Source: the human T2T-CHM13v2.0 reference genome, Homo sapiens. From it: DNA of 64,000 bases. The notes beneath the pieces were generated by a model. It saw only the letters and a program-made list of their open reading frames with translations. It was not told the DNA's origin and ran no database searches. Positions within the stretch are counted from its first letter, which is position 1, and each line of letters begins with the position of its first letter. Location: assembly GCF_009914755.1 (NCBI RefSeq), contig NC_060926.1; one strand, 5' to 3'. Of the stretch, positions 1 to 13,540 are shown in pieces. The translations under genes were made by a program, and so were the position numbers.

Positions 1-1329
1 ATCTGTGGTTTCCTTCTGTGTAGCTACACGTATCCCTCTAAGTCTCCCCACTCAAAATTAATTTTTATTCATTCAAGTTTATAAACATGTGCAGTAATTT
101 AAGGAGAGTTTCATGTAGCCAAATCAAACAAAATGTGATGGGGCTTTACAACTTTAAAAAGTGAGAACTTTTATTCCTAAATACACTCGTAAGACAATGG
201 GTATGCAAATCACCATTACGTTACCCCTTATCCTTTTCTTCTTTTCCAACCAATTCCTCTTCCAATTCCTATTTCTTTCCCTAGTTGTGGGAGGGCATAA
301 AATAAATCAGGGTGGAAGTCAGATAGCATGACTATTTGTTTTCTCCCTCTTCCTATCTAGTTTTTTTTTTTTTTCTCCATAAATTTAGGTTTCTGCCTTT
401 CTCTTGGTGGGAGAGTTCTTGTGTTTGCCAGAGGTCTTTGCTCTGGACTCAGGCTGCTGGGGAGTAGTGAGGGGAGCTGGTATATGTTAGTGAAAGGGTG
501 GCATTGGAAAAAGAAGTCCAAGGCTGAGTACATGTGACTCTTCTGTGTATATTTGCATTTAACAGGAAACTTCTGGAAGTAAGATGCCTGAATGCAAAGA
601 ATCGAAGTGCCTGTGATGAGGATTTTAGGCAGGTCTGTGAGCGAGATAGTTGGAGGGTGTGCGGGGACTCCCTTTCAACCACACCATCTAGACAAGCATC
701 TGCCTCTTTGCCATCCATCTCAGAGTGGCCCAGAGAGCTGGGGGCCAGGGAGGAGGCAGGGCTGGGACTCAGCCGTGGAGAAGTGTTGGGGCCGTGACTG
801 TGTTCATGACACACACGTCCCCTCATCTCCGTGTGGTTATATCTGGACTGGGGGTTACTCTGCCCACATGAAGCCTCAGGTGCACAGGCTTGAAAGGAAC
901 TGGGCCTGGGCCATGCCAGGGGCGGGGCTGGCAGTTGGCAACCCTGGGCAGTAGCCACCCTTCCCCCAGCGGAATCCTGAATCTCAGGACTTCAGAGGTG
1001 GGAGGCACCTTACAAGTGCAGCGAGTGCAAGTCTTTCGTTTCGCAGAGGAAGTCACTGAGGCCCTGGGGGCTCCACCCTCTTTCTGGGCTTGTCAGAGGC
1101 ATTTAAGAAATACACGTTGACTTGACATGACCCATGTGAAACGGGCGTAACGAGACTCCCTGCATGGCTGCTGGATTAGGCTGCCAGCAGCTGGGAATGA
1201 TTCTCCCTCTGTGGGTCTGAGCCTAAATGGTGGGCGCAGCAGAGGGGCACCCGGGTAGCTTTTTCAGGCTTGGGATGGGACAAGGTGAGCAGAGATTGAA
1301 AGCCTCCTTTCACAAATAAACTTGAGTTT

Positions 1330-1470
1330 AACAGAATGTCAGGGCTGGAAGGGACCTTACAAATCATTAGGATCAACCTGCCCTGAGGTTACAGATGAAT
1401 AAACTGAGGCCCAGAGATGGGAGGTGATCGGGCTGGTGAGTTGTTGGTTGACCTGGGCCTTGAACCCAGC
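1330..1470 (-). mobile_element. MIR (MIR3/MIRc-like) fragment
   Basis: GGGCTGGAAGGGACCTTA...TTACAGATGAATAAACTGAGGCCCAGAGA...TTGAACCCAG matches the reverse MIR core. Confidence 0.75.
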
Positions 1471-3005
1471 AAGCAGCTTCCAAATTTATGCTCTCCCTGC
1501 TGTGCCATGGGGCCTCTCTTGGCAGCAAGTTGCAAACCTGAGATTGATTGAATTGTTTGGATTCAGGGAGCATGTGAAGCATAAAGAAAATGAGGAGCAG
1601 GGAGGGATGCAAGCTGGATGTGATGAGACACAGCCTGGTTTTCCTTTATGCCGCCATTTTGTGACTTGAAGTGGAGCGAGAATTATTGTCCCACCAGTGA
1701 GACAGAACCATATAAATTAAAACTGCAATGAACTGTCTGCTGAAGGTGTGAACAAGGCAGATAAATCCCTGGGAGCTTAGAAAACATCTGCTCCTTACCT
1801 TGAAGGCAGAAACTTCACCGTAAAGCAGAAAAATCCAGGACTGGAATCTTTCACTTTCTCTGACGGGATATGTGAAGGCTGGGCCCCACCTTCAGATATA
1901 CTCCACATGGAGGGCGACTGTGAACAATCAGCTAAGGCTTCTCCCTTTCTCCTTGATGACTCTTGAATTCTCCTACTTTATCCCTGCCTATCTCAGTTCT
2001 TCAGTGCCCTTGTGCCATTATGCATGCATAGAGGGTAGTCTTGAGCTGGTCAAGGTACTTCCTGCTGAGCTCCAGTGATGGGGAGTTAAATCAGGGGGAA
2101 GAATGACAAGAAGGCTGCCAGGAGGAATCAGGAGTTGGGGCAGGTCACCAAGGCTGGGTCAGAATCCCTGGTTGGTAGGAGGGGGTTTGGGGGACTGGCA
2201 ATTGAGAAGAGGCAGAGAGCAACCAAGAATTGAGGTCAAGAGTCCAGGCCATCAAATTGGACTGTTAGTCTGAAATCAGGAATCTTGAACTCAGAGGAAT
2301 ATGAAGAAGCACCCAGATTTATGCCTAACATGTGAAACAGACTTCTGGTAAGAGGAAATGGCCTTAAACACAAGGTTGGCAAATAGGTGGCATTTTGCTT
2401 GTGATCCCAAGTGAGGGGTGGTGGCTGCGTGAAGCGTGGTATCCAGCGTGGAGGATCAGAATTTTTCACTGGATTAAAGGGTGCTGTGATCCACTGATGA
2501 TGTCTGCTTGGACAGGACAAGGCAGAGTCCATATTCTAATATTCCTTATTCCACCTAACCCTGGTTTGTAGCTTATGGCTGTGTGCCCTGTCTACCCATA
2601 ATCTCTCAGTGTTCTGAACAGGTGCTATGCTTCCCTGCCTGTTCACATCATGGAGCTGCCTTAGAGATGAGCAACCTCCTTTAATTTACTCTCTGGGGTA
2701 GAGTCTAAGACTTGTTTTCTTTATACAATACTGTGTTCAGTAGGAAGAGTATTATGTGTATGAAATCCCTTAAACAGGAAATAATAGGTAGTTTCAAAAC
2801 CTAGAGGCTGTGTTGAACATGGACTATTGTTTTTGTTCCTGTTGCCATGAGGTCCCATCTCTCATGCTGTATCAGAGGAGAGTGAGCATCATTAGGGAGG
2901 ACGCAAGGTGGTCTATGCCAGGCTGCTTGCTCCAGCCTGATGGACTCTTACTTTTCCAGACTAATAAAAAGCAAACATTTAATGAACTGTTGCTAAGTGA
3001 AATGA

Positions 3006-3396
<391 letters not shown>

Positions 3397-3699
3397 TGAG
3401 GGAGGAAGGGTCACAGTAATTGTTTAGCTCTTAAGTGATCCTTAAGTGGCTGGTGAGAAGGACCAGTGTAATGGACAGTTTAGTTCTTTTGGTCATATAC
3501 GCGTGGACACAGTTGTACTTAGTTACGGTGGGGGATAAGGGAGGGAAAATCCATATTTCTTCCCCTTACAGATAAATGTGTTCCATTTTATCTGCACACA
3601 TGAGATTGATCAGAGTTGCAGCTTTGAACTTTTTGATATCTCTCTAGGGCCAGGTGTGAAAATCTATTCATCCAGGAAACAGTATGTGTCAAGGTGAGC

Positions 3700-3930
3700 A
3701 CCTGGGAGTTAGGAAGTCCGGATGGGACTTGGGAGTTCTCTAATTGCTTCACAGAATGATGTTGGGCAAATAACTTGATCTCTTTGAGCTTCAGCTTTTT
3801 TTTTTTTTTTAATCTATAAGGTAGGGTAATAATGCCTACTTTACCATCTAATAGGATTAAGAAATATTGACATGTGTGAATGTGTTTTGTAAATTTTAAG
3901 GTACTATAAAAATGCCAGGGTTTATTACTA
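3700..3930 (+). mobile_element. MIR fragment
   Basis: TTGGGCAAATAACTTGATCTCTTTGAGCTTCAG...GGTAATAATGCCTAC MIR core and tail. Confidence 0.65.
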
Positions 3931-5949
3931 TGACATTAAACATGAATAATTCTTAGGTATATATGCATACTTATTATATTACATTTGAAAAATAGGGCCT
4001 CTTTTGAATGGGATATTCACTCCATATTCTATTCACCAACCTAGAATCCACAGTAGCCTTGTCTTCTTTCCATTTTTGATATGACAAGATCCCAGTCTAT
4101 CACTTGCAAAAACCCATGAGCTGTTTTAGCGAAGGTAGAGAATTTTTTCCCTCACCCTCCGCAGGCTGGTTGCTCCCAGGGGAGAAGGAGCTTGCATTTT
4201 AAATGGGTGAATGACCAAGTGAGGGGTGCAGTCTTGGACTGAAAACCCCAGCAGAGCTAACTGACCCACAGAAGCCTTGATTTCTTGGTTAGCTCATGTA
4301 AGCCACTTGGGCCGACTGGCTCAAGGAATGGGCAGGTAATTCCAGACAAGAAGTGAGACAAGCTATTTGGAGCTTGCTTTATGCCAGCACTCAACTCTAT
4401 TCCCTGCAGCTTTGCCAGGACTCAGTTTTTGTCACTAGCATACACTAGATTAGTAAGTTTCACTGCAACTTATTTTTAGCTCATTTGGGCAGAAGAAGGC
4501 ATTGTCCCAACTGAGTTCAAGGCTCTGCAATTTGGAGCAAGTGCACTTTGAGCTCAGAAGATCAAATGCTGTGCTGGCAACTTGTTTTAGTGTTCAATTC
4601 CTATAGTTAGTAGGAAAGAAGATTTCAAATGTCATTTGCTGTAATGATTAGCTCCAGTGAGGGATTCTATCTACAATTATTTGCTTCAAAGCTTTAGTTG
4701 GCTGAAGCCTGTATATTTGATCATTAACAAAATAGTCTCCTCTTTTCTACCATGTTAATAATCTTGTTTAATAGAAATGCAGCTTTGATTTCTTCCTGAG
4801 CTAGGTTGCTATTATTCTGGCATGGAGAAGTGTTGGTTTAAGATTTTGCCACATCTGAGACATGGTAAAATTCCATTTTGGAAAGCTCTGAGCTTGGAGT
4901 TGCTCAAAAAGATGAGACTGGAAAGAATATTCTTGGCACAGCTGTGGGAAGCAGTTTGTTTAAATCAGAGCAAACCAAAGAAGTTGGCTCATGTGGAAAC
5001 TTTATACCTGTTCCACATGTTTTAGACACTTCTGAAAAAACAAACAGCTCCATACTTGCAATTGTAGGGTCAAAAAGTCACATGTCGGCCCCAGTGCCAA
5101 TTTAGCTAACTGAGTCCTCAAGCAGTCGGCACTGATGTTGTTAAATAAGAGTATGTTGTGGCCGCTTAACCAATCTCCACACCTGGAAAAAATAAAAATT
5201 AAAACAGGAAAGAAAGCAAAGTGAATTTGAAACTGGAGAGCAGGCTACAGTGACAATGTTCAGATTCTGAGCTCCTAAGCTGTCTCTACATTCCAGACTC
5301 GGAGGAATATTTGAAAAGCATGCATCTTTATGGGCAGAATCTCCCTAATCCATATCTCAGGGGCAAGATTAACACTGTGCAATACCCCACATGGACCTGG
5401 ATTTCTGGAAATATGTTCTCATGAAAAGTGTCCCATTGACCGTGTCATCTTTTTCTTCCTCTTCTGTCTTAAGCCAGCTGGTTTATCTCCTGAAATTCAA
5501 TACACTCCCCCTCTTTTTTCAGTTACATCAGTGCACAAAAGAGGCTCATGAAAAGAAACAGCTGCACCGATACCAGCAGGAGCTGCTGCAGCTACAGATT
5601 TTAGGCATGCACCTGCATGGAGTTGGGTGACTGGAGATTTTTCAGGGAAGCGAATATCATGAAACATCAGGACTCTAAAGCCAGATGAATGGATGGCTCC
5701 GGGGGTGGCAAACAGGATACCCCACTGCTCACCTGGAGGTCACAGGATCACACCTGACTTGAATTAGTCAAAAGGATTCCAGGATGAGGGCTAGTTGGTG
5801 GTTTATGAATGAAATGATTAGCTGGCTATAACAGTTCCTAATAAACAGATTGTCCATGTCAATGACATCTATTCATTGAGCTGCGAGCAAGTGGCATCTC
5901 TGTAGCCCTCATGGCAGAAGAGGGCAGGATTGATGAGACTTAAAAGCAT

Positions 5950-7490
5950 CCTGTTAAGATTTTGCATAGAAGTGAGTGTGCTGGAAGCCACCGGAGGTTT
6001 TGAGCAGAGGGGTGACTTGATCTGATGTGTTTTAATAGATTTACTCTGACTGCTGTGTTGAGGATAGACAGTAAGGGAGCAAGGTAACATAATCAAAGTA
6101 AAAAAATGATGGTGACTTAGAGTATGGGAGTATTGCTGAAGGTAGTGAGAAGTTGTTGGATTCTGGTTATATTTTGAAGACAGAGCCAAATAGAATGTTC
6201 TGATTAGAATCAGAGTGTGAAAGAAAGGAGGAAAGAATGCATTTGAGGTTTGGGGCTTGAGCAGCAGGAAGGGCTGAGTTTCCAGCAGTTGGGTTGGGAA
6301 AGGCTTTACAGAGGAACAGATTTTGGGGTGGAGAGTATCAGCATGTTTACACAGGTTGGGAAGGATGAGAAGACATTGGATATATGAGTCTGGAGTTGAG
6401 ACAGAGGTTCTAGCTGGAGATAGAAATTTGAGAATCATCAGTGGACATATGGAATTTAAAACCAAGGAACTGGATGAGAACACCAGGGGAGTGGGGAATG
6501 CAGTGAAGACCCAAATGCTGAGCCATGGGCCCTCCAGAATGAGGAGGTTGGGGAGATCAGGAGGCTCTAATATGGACTCAGGAGGAGTCCATAAATGAGA
6601 ATGAGAAGGAATGGCCATGAGATAAGAAGGAAAGCTGGAAGAGTATGGTAGCCTGAAAACCAAGTGATGCAAGCGTTTCAAGGAGAAGGAAGAGAGCAAC
6701 CATGTCCAGTGATATATAGGATGAACACGGAGCATTAGGAGTTGGTTGTAGCTGTGTGGATGTTTCTGGTGACTTTGCCAAGAGTAATTCTGGTGGAGTG
6801 ATGGGGGTAATCACCTGACTGAAGGGAATATAAAAGAGAAATGAGAAAAGAGGATTTGGCAAAGCAGTATTGACAACTCTTGCAAGGAGTTTTATCATAT
6901 GGGGGAGCAGACAAATGGAGTGGTAATTGGAGGGAAAGTAGAGTGAGAAAAGGTTTGTTTTTGTTTTAGGTGGGAGAAATAACTTGCCAAGGGGAATAAT
7001 CTGCTAGAGCAGGAAAATTTTGATAATGTAAGAGAGGAGGAAGGTTGCTGGGGTCATGTCCTTGAGTGGGAGCAGGTGGAATCCAGTGTATAGGTGAAGA
7101 GGCCGACCTTCTTCAGCAGCAAGGATGGTCTCTCCATAGGAAGGGGGGAAGATAGAGTCGATGGGAACAGATGCTGGTGGGTGGCAGAAGTGGGGTGGGA
7201 GACTGTGGCAGTTCTTTTCTAAGAACTTCTATCTTCTCAGTGAGGTAGGAAGCCAGGTGAGGTGCTGAGAGAGAGAATGGGAGAAGAGGACCTGGAGGAT
7301 GGGAGATGGTGGTTGTCTTGGAAGGTAGCAGGCCCAGGATGAAGTACAATGACCAGCATATGGACCCAGTCAAGATCATGGAAGCAAATTACAGGAAGAC
7401 CAGTGGGTGTGGTTGTATGACTTCAGCCATGTTCAGTTGTGGGTGCAGGTACATAGTGGGTGGAGACTTGGATTTCAGGGGTTGCTAATG
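5950..7490 (-). mobile_element. LINE-2 fragment (~1.5 kb) with decayed ORF2 reverse-transcriptase region
   Basis: Typical reverse L2 text (GGAAGCCACCGGAGGTTTTGAGCAGAGGGGTGACTTGATCTGA). Minus-strand peptides LLLETLASLGFQ and LASYLTEKIEVLRKELP resemble L2 ORF2; frameshifted. Confidence 0.88.
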
Positions 7491-7717
7491 TAGCTCTACA
7501 AAACAGGGGAGGAGCACCCTGAAGATTTCTTCTTCATAGACACATTTTGTTTTCATTTTCTCAGGACAAAAATATTGGTTATGGACTTACTAAACTACTT
7601 AAACTTAATGAGTTGTGACTCACAGTTTGGAAGTCACTGGTCTAAATGGTATAGTCATTTTTCTTTCCTCTTAGCTTCTTAATGTAGAAATAACCTCAGT
7701 GCAGATTTCCCTGAAAA

Positions 7718-7815
7718 TCCATCAGGCATTTGTTGAGTGCCCACAATGTGCCTGGCACTGTTTTCAGTGCTGTGAGGGGAGGCAGAAGAGAGCTAAGGTA
7801 CAGCTCCTGCCTTCA
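7718..7815 (-). mobile_element. L2 3'-end fragment
   Basis: CATTTGTTGAGTGCCCACAATGTGCCTGGCACTG. Confidence 0.65.
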
Positions 7816-8196
7816 GGGTGATGAATTGGTGGGGACCTGAGTTAGGCACAAACTTGAGAGTCCTATCTCATGGCACCTGGGACAGACTTTACTACTCAAA
7901 GATGGCACCACCCTAAGGTACGCTATTACCCGAAAGGATGCCAAGGGCCCAAACACCACAGATGTCCACCCTAATGTCAGTCTTAGAATACCTGTTCTGT
8001 ACATGTGGCCAGATCACTTGAGCAAAGACTGTTATCTCCTTTAAGTCAAGAGGTAAACTCTATTAATGCATACTAAGATGGTATTGACCTTTTAGGGAAC
8101 CTTGTCAAATTGTTGGCTTACACTGAATTTGTGGCCAAACTCTATCCTATGAGACATTAAAAAAAATCCTCTGGTCTCATCAATTCTTTATTTATA

Positions 8197-8519
8197 CAGT
8201 ATTCTGTAGGTATCCTTGGGGGATTGGTTCCAGGAGCCCCCTTAGATATCAAAATCCACAGGTGCTCAAGTCCCTTATATAAAATGGCCTAGTATTTGCA
8301 TATAACCTACACACATCCTCCTGTATACTTTAAACCATCTCTAGGTTACTTACAATACCTGATACAATGTAAATGCTATACACATAATTGTTATACTATA
8401 TTGTTGTTTTGTATTTTTTTTATTGTTGTATTGTCATTTTTTATTTTTTCCAAATATTTTCAATCCACAATTAGTTGAATCCACTATTATGGGAACACAT
8501 GGATACAGAAGGCCAACTG
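8197..8519. mobile_element. MER2 (TcMar-Tigger MITE)
   Basis: CAGT...ACTG termini flanked by TA (8195-8196, 8520-8521); internal CTCAAGTCCCTTATATAAAATGG...TTTGCATATAACCTA. Confidence 0.92.
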
Positions 8520-8553
8520 TACACCTGATTTTTTTCTTTGAATATTTTAATAG

Positions 8554-8952
<399 letters not shown>

Positions 8953-9094
8953 TCAGCTAATTTTTAATTTTTTTTTTGTAGAGACAGGGTCCTGCTGTGT
9001 TGCCCAGGGTGGTCTTGAACTCCTGGGCTCAAGCAAAACTCCTGCCTCAGCCTCCCAAAGTGCTGGGGTTATAGGCATGAGCCACTGCCTGGTC
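8953..9094 (-). mobile_element. AluJ-type left monomer fused to the preceding Alu
   Basis: CTCCTGGGCTCAAGC and GTTGCCCAGG J-type positions; ends at CCTGGTC. Confidence 0.88.
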
Positions 9095-10088
9095 AAAATG
9101 CCCTTTCTATTGGAGGGTGGGGACTGTGTGTTTCGAAGCTGTAGATACATACTTACCACGTAAGGATAAAATCATGGTGCTGGTGCCCTAAAATTTTGGT
9201 TAATCTCAAAACACGAGACCCTTCAGGAAGCAGTATGCAAGAGTTTTTGATGCAAAGAGAAATATACTTAATTGCTTCATCTTTTGGTTACTGTTTTTGG
9301 TCTTTGATTCAAAGGGGGAATGAGTTAGGACAAAGGTGGGGTATTCAAACTTATCTTCTAATCATATTTTAACTCAGTATAAAGGAGTTCATGTCTCTCT
9401 GCGATATTCAGTGTTTACAGTCCCAGACATGGCATTTTCGTTCTCTGTTTATGGTTGGATGCTTTGTGCTAATATATTTGCCACGGATGCAGTTGGGTTT
9501 GCCTTTCCAGGCAACAGTTAAACCAGCAGGAGACCACTTGTGTGCAATTTGTTGGAATGAAATCTACATTTTGGGATTAGATTACTTAGTAGTGTCATTT
9601 TGCATTGAGTTGACTTTGTGGGTGGTCTCCAATAAACCCTGCACGTACAGCAAGTGTCAGCCCTGATTATCTCCAAGCAAGCTTGTAATGACTGCACAGC
9701 TTGGTATTTACAAGAAAAAAACAGCTTCTCTTACTTTTAATTCAGGGAATGCAGGGGCATGGATGAACCCCCACAGAAGGGTGGCAAAAGGCCCATTCAA
9801 GGGGTTGTTCTTGGAATGGTCTAACTTAATTTTCTGTCCTTTCTGGAGATTAGGACAATAGCCACAATGTCACTTGGAGCTCACCAATTAGGACATTTGT
9901 TTTGAACAATGCCTGAAGGAGTTGTTTGAGCTCAGAATATATAAGGACTAAAGGATTAGCTGAGGAGGACAGAGCTAACATTGTGGAGTGTACTATATGG
10001 TTGGCTTAAGCCTGAATGTGAATAGTAAGTAACAAACAGCATTCCAGGGCCACTGCCATGTCATTCTGGTGGTAGCAATTCTCTAGAG

Positions 10089-10307
10089 CAGTGGCCCTCA
10101 GCCAGGAGTGATTTGGCTCTCCAGGGGATATTTGGCAATATTTGGAGACATTTTTGGTGATCACAGCTAGGTGGCTTGCTACTGCATCTGTGGGGAAAGA
10201 CCAGGGATGCTTCCAACTATCCTGCAATGCACAGACCTCTCCCCTTCACCTGCAACAAAGAATTATTGTGCCCAAAACATCAGAAGTGCTGAGGTTGAGA
10301 GACCTTG
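10089..10307 (+). mobile_element. MER20 (hAT-Charlie)
   Basis: CAGTGG...GGGGATATTTGGCAATATTTGGAGACATTTTTGG...GAGGTTGAGAGACCTTG; 8-bp TSD-like CTCTAGAG/CTCCAGGG. Confidence 0.92.
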
Positions 10308-10454
10308 CTCCAGGGTATTCGTGAACTCTTGGCCTTCCCAATCCTCTCCTTATTTTCTCTCAATGTCCTCTGGTCCACTTAGAGTCCCTCTAACATTCCT
10401 TCTTGTTTGAAACCCACATGGTACTGGAGCTCAAATATTAGAGTCTTGTAATAG

Positions 10455-10635
10455 AGAGAGCATCGTCTTTGGAGCCAGACAGATGTGGGTTAAATCCCAG
10501 CCTACTGCTTTCAGATTGGGTGATTTTGGGGAAAATTACTTAATCTCTCTGAGCTTCAATTAAAAAAAAAAAATCTGGAACAATGGGAACTCCCATCCTT
10601 ACCTGGCTGAGTGGTAGTAAGGATGAAATTTATGT
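10455..10635 (+). mobile_element. MIR
   Basis: TTTGGAGCCAGACAGATGTGGGTTAAATCCCAGC...TTACTTAATCTCTCTGAGCTTCA. Confidence 0.8.
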
Positions 10636-10754
10636 AAATTTATCAGTGTTTGGTTTGCTTATTGGATGCTTCAAAACATTTTTTATCATTGCATGTTCCT
10701 TGCTCGTTAACTACCAATGTTCAGTTTTCCCACATTTAAAGAGTATTCCAGCAA

Positions 10755-11090
10755 TTTCTTTTTATTGTAGAAAATTGAGAAAAAAGATAAGCAGGAAGAA
10801 AAAAAACGAAATCACCTGTTTTCTTATTCCTCAGAGATAATCACTGTGAACGCTTTCTGTATATGTATTTCCAGACCTTTTCTCTCTCTCTGTGTGTGGG
10901 TGTTCCTGCTGCGGACAGTTTAGCGCTTGCTTTTTAAACTTAATGATGTATTAGGAACATCTCTCTATGTCAATACATATAGATCTACATCATCTATACC
11001 ATCGTTTTAAAAAGCTGCCTAATGTTTTATTGTATTGATGAGCTATAATTTATTCAGTCAATCCCTTTTATTCTTGGACATTTAGATCAC
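10755..11090 (-). mobile_element. Ancient L1ME 3' fragment
   Basis: CAGAGATAATCACTGTGAAC...TGTCAATACATATAGATCTACATCA...TTGGACATTTAG. Confidence 0.65.
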
Positions 11091-11184
11091 CAGGGTAAGA
11101 CTTCAAAGTCCAGAGAATGTCTTGCCTAGGTTGTACGAGGTTTATTATTTGGAGTTCTAGAAAGTCAGCCCTTTTTTTAAAAAA

Positions 11185-12736
11185 TTTATTTTCTTTTTAT
11201 TTTTTTATTTTATTTTTTATTTTTATTTTTATTAATTTTTTTTAGTATTTATTGATCATTCTTGGGTGTTTCTTGGAGAGGGGGATTTGGCAGGGTCATA
11301 GGACAATAGTGGAGGGAAGGTCAGCAGATAAACATATGAACAAAGGTCTCTGGTTTTCCTAGGCAGAGGGCCCTGCCGCCTTCCGCAGTGTTTGTGTCCC
11401 TGGGTACTTGAGATTAGGGAGTGGTGATGACTCTTAAGGAGCATGCTGCCTTCAAGCATCTGTTTAACAAAGCACATCTTGCACCACCCTTAATCCATTT
11501 AACCCTTAGTGGACACAGCACATGTTTCAGAGAGCACCGGGTTGGGGGTAAGGTTATAGAATAACAGCATCCCAAGGCAGAAGAATTTTTCTTAGTACAG
11601 AACAAAATGAAGTCTCCTATGTCTACTTCTTTCTACACAGACATAGTAACAATCTGATCTCTTTCTTTTCCCCATATTTCCCCCTTTTCTATTTGATAAA
11701 ACTGCCATCGTCATCATGGCCCGTTCTCAATGAGCTGTTGGGTACACCTCCCAGATGGGGCGGCGGCTGGGCAGAGGGGCTCCTCACTTCCCAGATGGGG
11801 TGGCCGGGCAGAGGCGGCCCCCACCTCCCGGACGGGGCGGCCCCCCACCTCCCTGACGGGGCGGCTGGCCGGGCAGGGGCTGCTCCCCACCTCCCGGACG
11901 GGCGGCTGCAGGGCGGAGACGCTCCTCACTTCCCAGACGGGGTGGCTGCCGGGCGGAGGGGCTCCTCACTTCTCAGACAGGGCGGCCGGTCAGAGACGCT
12001 CCTCACCTCCTAGACAGGGTGGCGGCCGGGCAGAGACACTCCTCAGTTCCCAGACCGGGTCGCGGCCGGGCAGAGGCGCTCTTCACATCTCAGACTGGGC
12101 GGCGGGGCAGAGGCGCTCCCCACATCCCAGACGATGGGTGGCCGGGCAGAGACGCTCCTCACTTCCTAGATGGGATGACGGCCGGCTGGGAAGAGGCGCT
12201 CCTTACTTCCCAGACTGGGCGGCCGGGCAGAGGGGCTCCTCACATCCCAGATGATGGGCGGCCAGGCAGAGACGCTCCTCACTTCCTAGACGGGGTGGCG
12301 GCCGGGCAGAGGCTGCAATCTCGGCACTTTGGGAGGCCAAGGCAGGCGGCTGGGAGGTGGAGGTTTTAACGAGCTGAGATCAGGCTGCTGCACTCCAGCC
12401 TGGGCAACATTGAGCACTGAGCGAGAGAGACTCCGTCTGCAATCCCCGCACCTCAGGAGGCCGAGGCTGGCAGATCACTCGCCATCAGGAGCTGGAGACC
12501 AGCCCGGCCAACACTACGAAACCCCGTCTCCACCAAAAGATACGAAAACCAGTCAGGCTTGGCGGCGCATGCCTGCAATCGCAGGCACTGGGCAGGCTGA
12601 GGCAAGAGAATCAGGCAGGGAGGTTGCAGTGAGTCGAGATGGCAGCAGTACAGTCCAGCCTCGGCTCGGCATCAGAGGGAGACCGTGCAGAGAGGGGGGA
12701 GGGGGAGAGGGAGAGGGAGAGCGGGAGAGGGAGAGC
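11185..12736 (-). mobile_element. SVA retrotransposon, older subfamily (A-C type, probably SVA_B/C), near full length
   Basis: (TTTTA)n tail 11185-11243; SINE-R (TTTATTGATCATTCTTGGGTGTTTC...); GC-rich VNTR ~11750-12310; Alu-like domain; (CCCTCT)n hexamer ~12690-12736. AAGGTTATAGAATAACAGCATCCC and AACAATCTGATCTCT fit pre-SVA_D forms. Confidence 0.97.
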
Positions 12737-12738
12737 TG

Positions 12739-13169
12739 TTTTTTTTTTTTAAATTAAGAAAAAATTTATGCGTACGTGGTAGGTATACATATTGCTGGGG
12801 TACATGAGATATTTGAGTCAGGTGAACAATGTGTAATAATCACATCAGGGTAATGGGTTATCCATCATCTCAAGCACTTATCATTTCTTTAGGTTATAAA
12901 CATTCCTGCTATAATCTTTTAGTTATTTTAAAATATACAACAAATGACTGTAGACTGTGGTCACACTGTTGTGCTATCAAATACTAAATCTTGTTCATTC
13001 TATCTAACTACATTTGTATGCCCATTAACCACTCCCACTTCCTACTTTCCTGCTACCCTTCCCAGCCTCTAATAACCATCACTCCACCGTCTATCTCCAT
13101 GAGTTCAATTGTTTTAATTTTTAGCTCCCACAAACCAGTGAGAACATGCAAAGTTTGTCTTCTGTGCCT
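12739..13169 (-). mobile_element. L1MA (MA2/MA3-like) 5'-truncated 3' end; its tail is interrupted by the SVA
   Basis: GGGGTACATGAGATATTT...TGTGCTATCAAATACTA...TTTTTAGCTCCCACAAA; TSD AAAGTCAGCCCTTT 11161-11174 / AAAGCCAGCCCTTT 13170-13183. Confidence 0.9.
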
Positions 13170-13344
13170 AAAGCCAGCCCTTTCTGGGCCCACTTGCTAC
13201 TGCACAAACACACTCCACATAGTTAATTAAGAGGGACAGCTCTCTCCACAGAATACATGTTCTCTGCTTCCACTTTCTGGACAGCCTGCTCATGCTGTGT
13301 GGGGCAGACGGTAGAGTTAGCACTCTTTTCTTTTTATCACACAA

Positions 13345-13540
13345 TATAATGTAGTGGTTCTGAGTGTAGGCTCTGGGGTTAGGCTGACTAGTTTCAAATC
13401 CCAGCTCTTTTGCTTGGGTGCATAACCTCACCTACTTGAGCCTCAGTTTCTAGCTCTGTGAAATGGGGATGCCAATAGTGCCTGCATCATAGAGTTGTTC
13501 TGAGAATTAAATGAGGAAGTGTGTGTCAGGTACATAATGT
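13345..13540 (+). mobile_element. MIR
   Basis: TTCAAATCCCAGCTC...GAGCCTCAGTTTC...TGTGAAATGGGGAT...GAGAATTAAATGAG. Confidence 0.85.

Noticed and set aside
194-210. ACAATG next to ATGCAAAT as an OCT4-SOX2 composite
   Set aside because: SOX site orientation and spacing differ from the canonical CATTGTTATGCAAAT
5869-6735. 288-aa minus-strand ORF as a gene
   Set aside because: Lies within decayed L2 ORF2, mostly off the ancestral frame, with a non-ATG start and no gene context
11693-12757. GC-rich ORFs and an apparent CpG-island promoter
   Set aside because: Entirely the SVA VNTR and Alu-like domain
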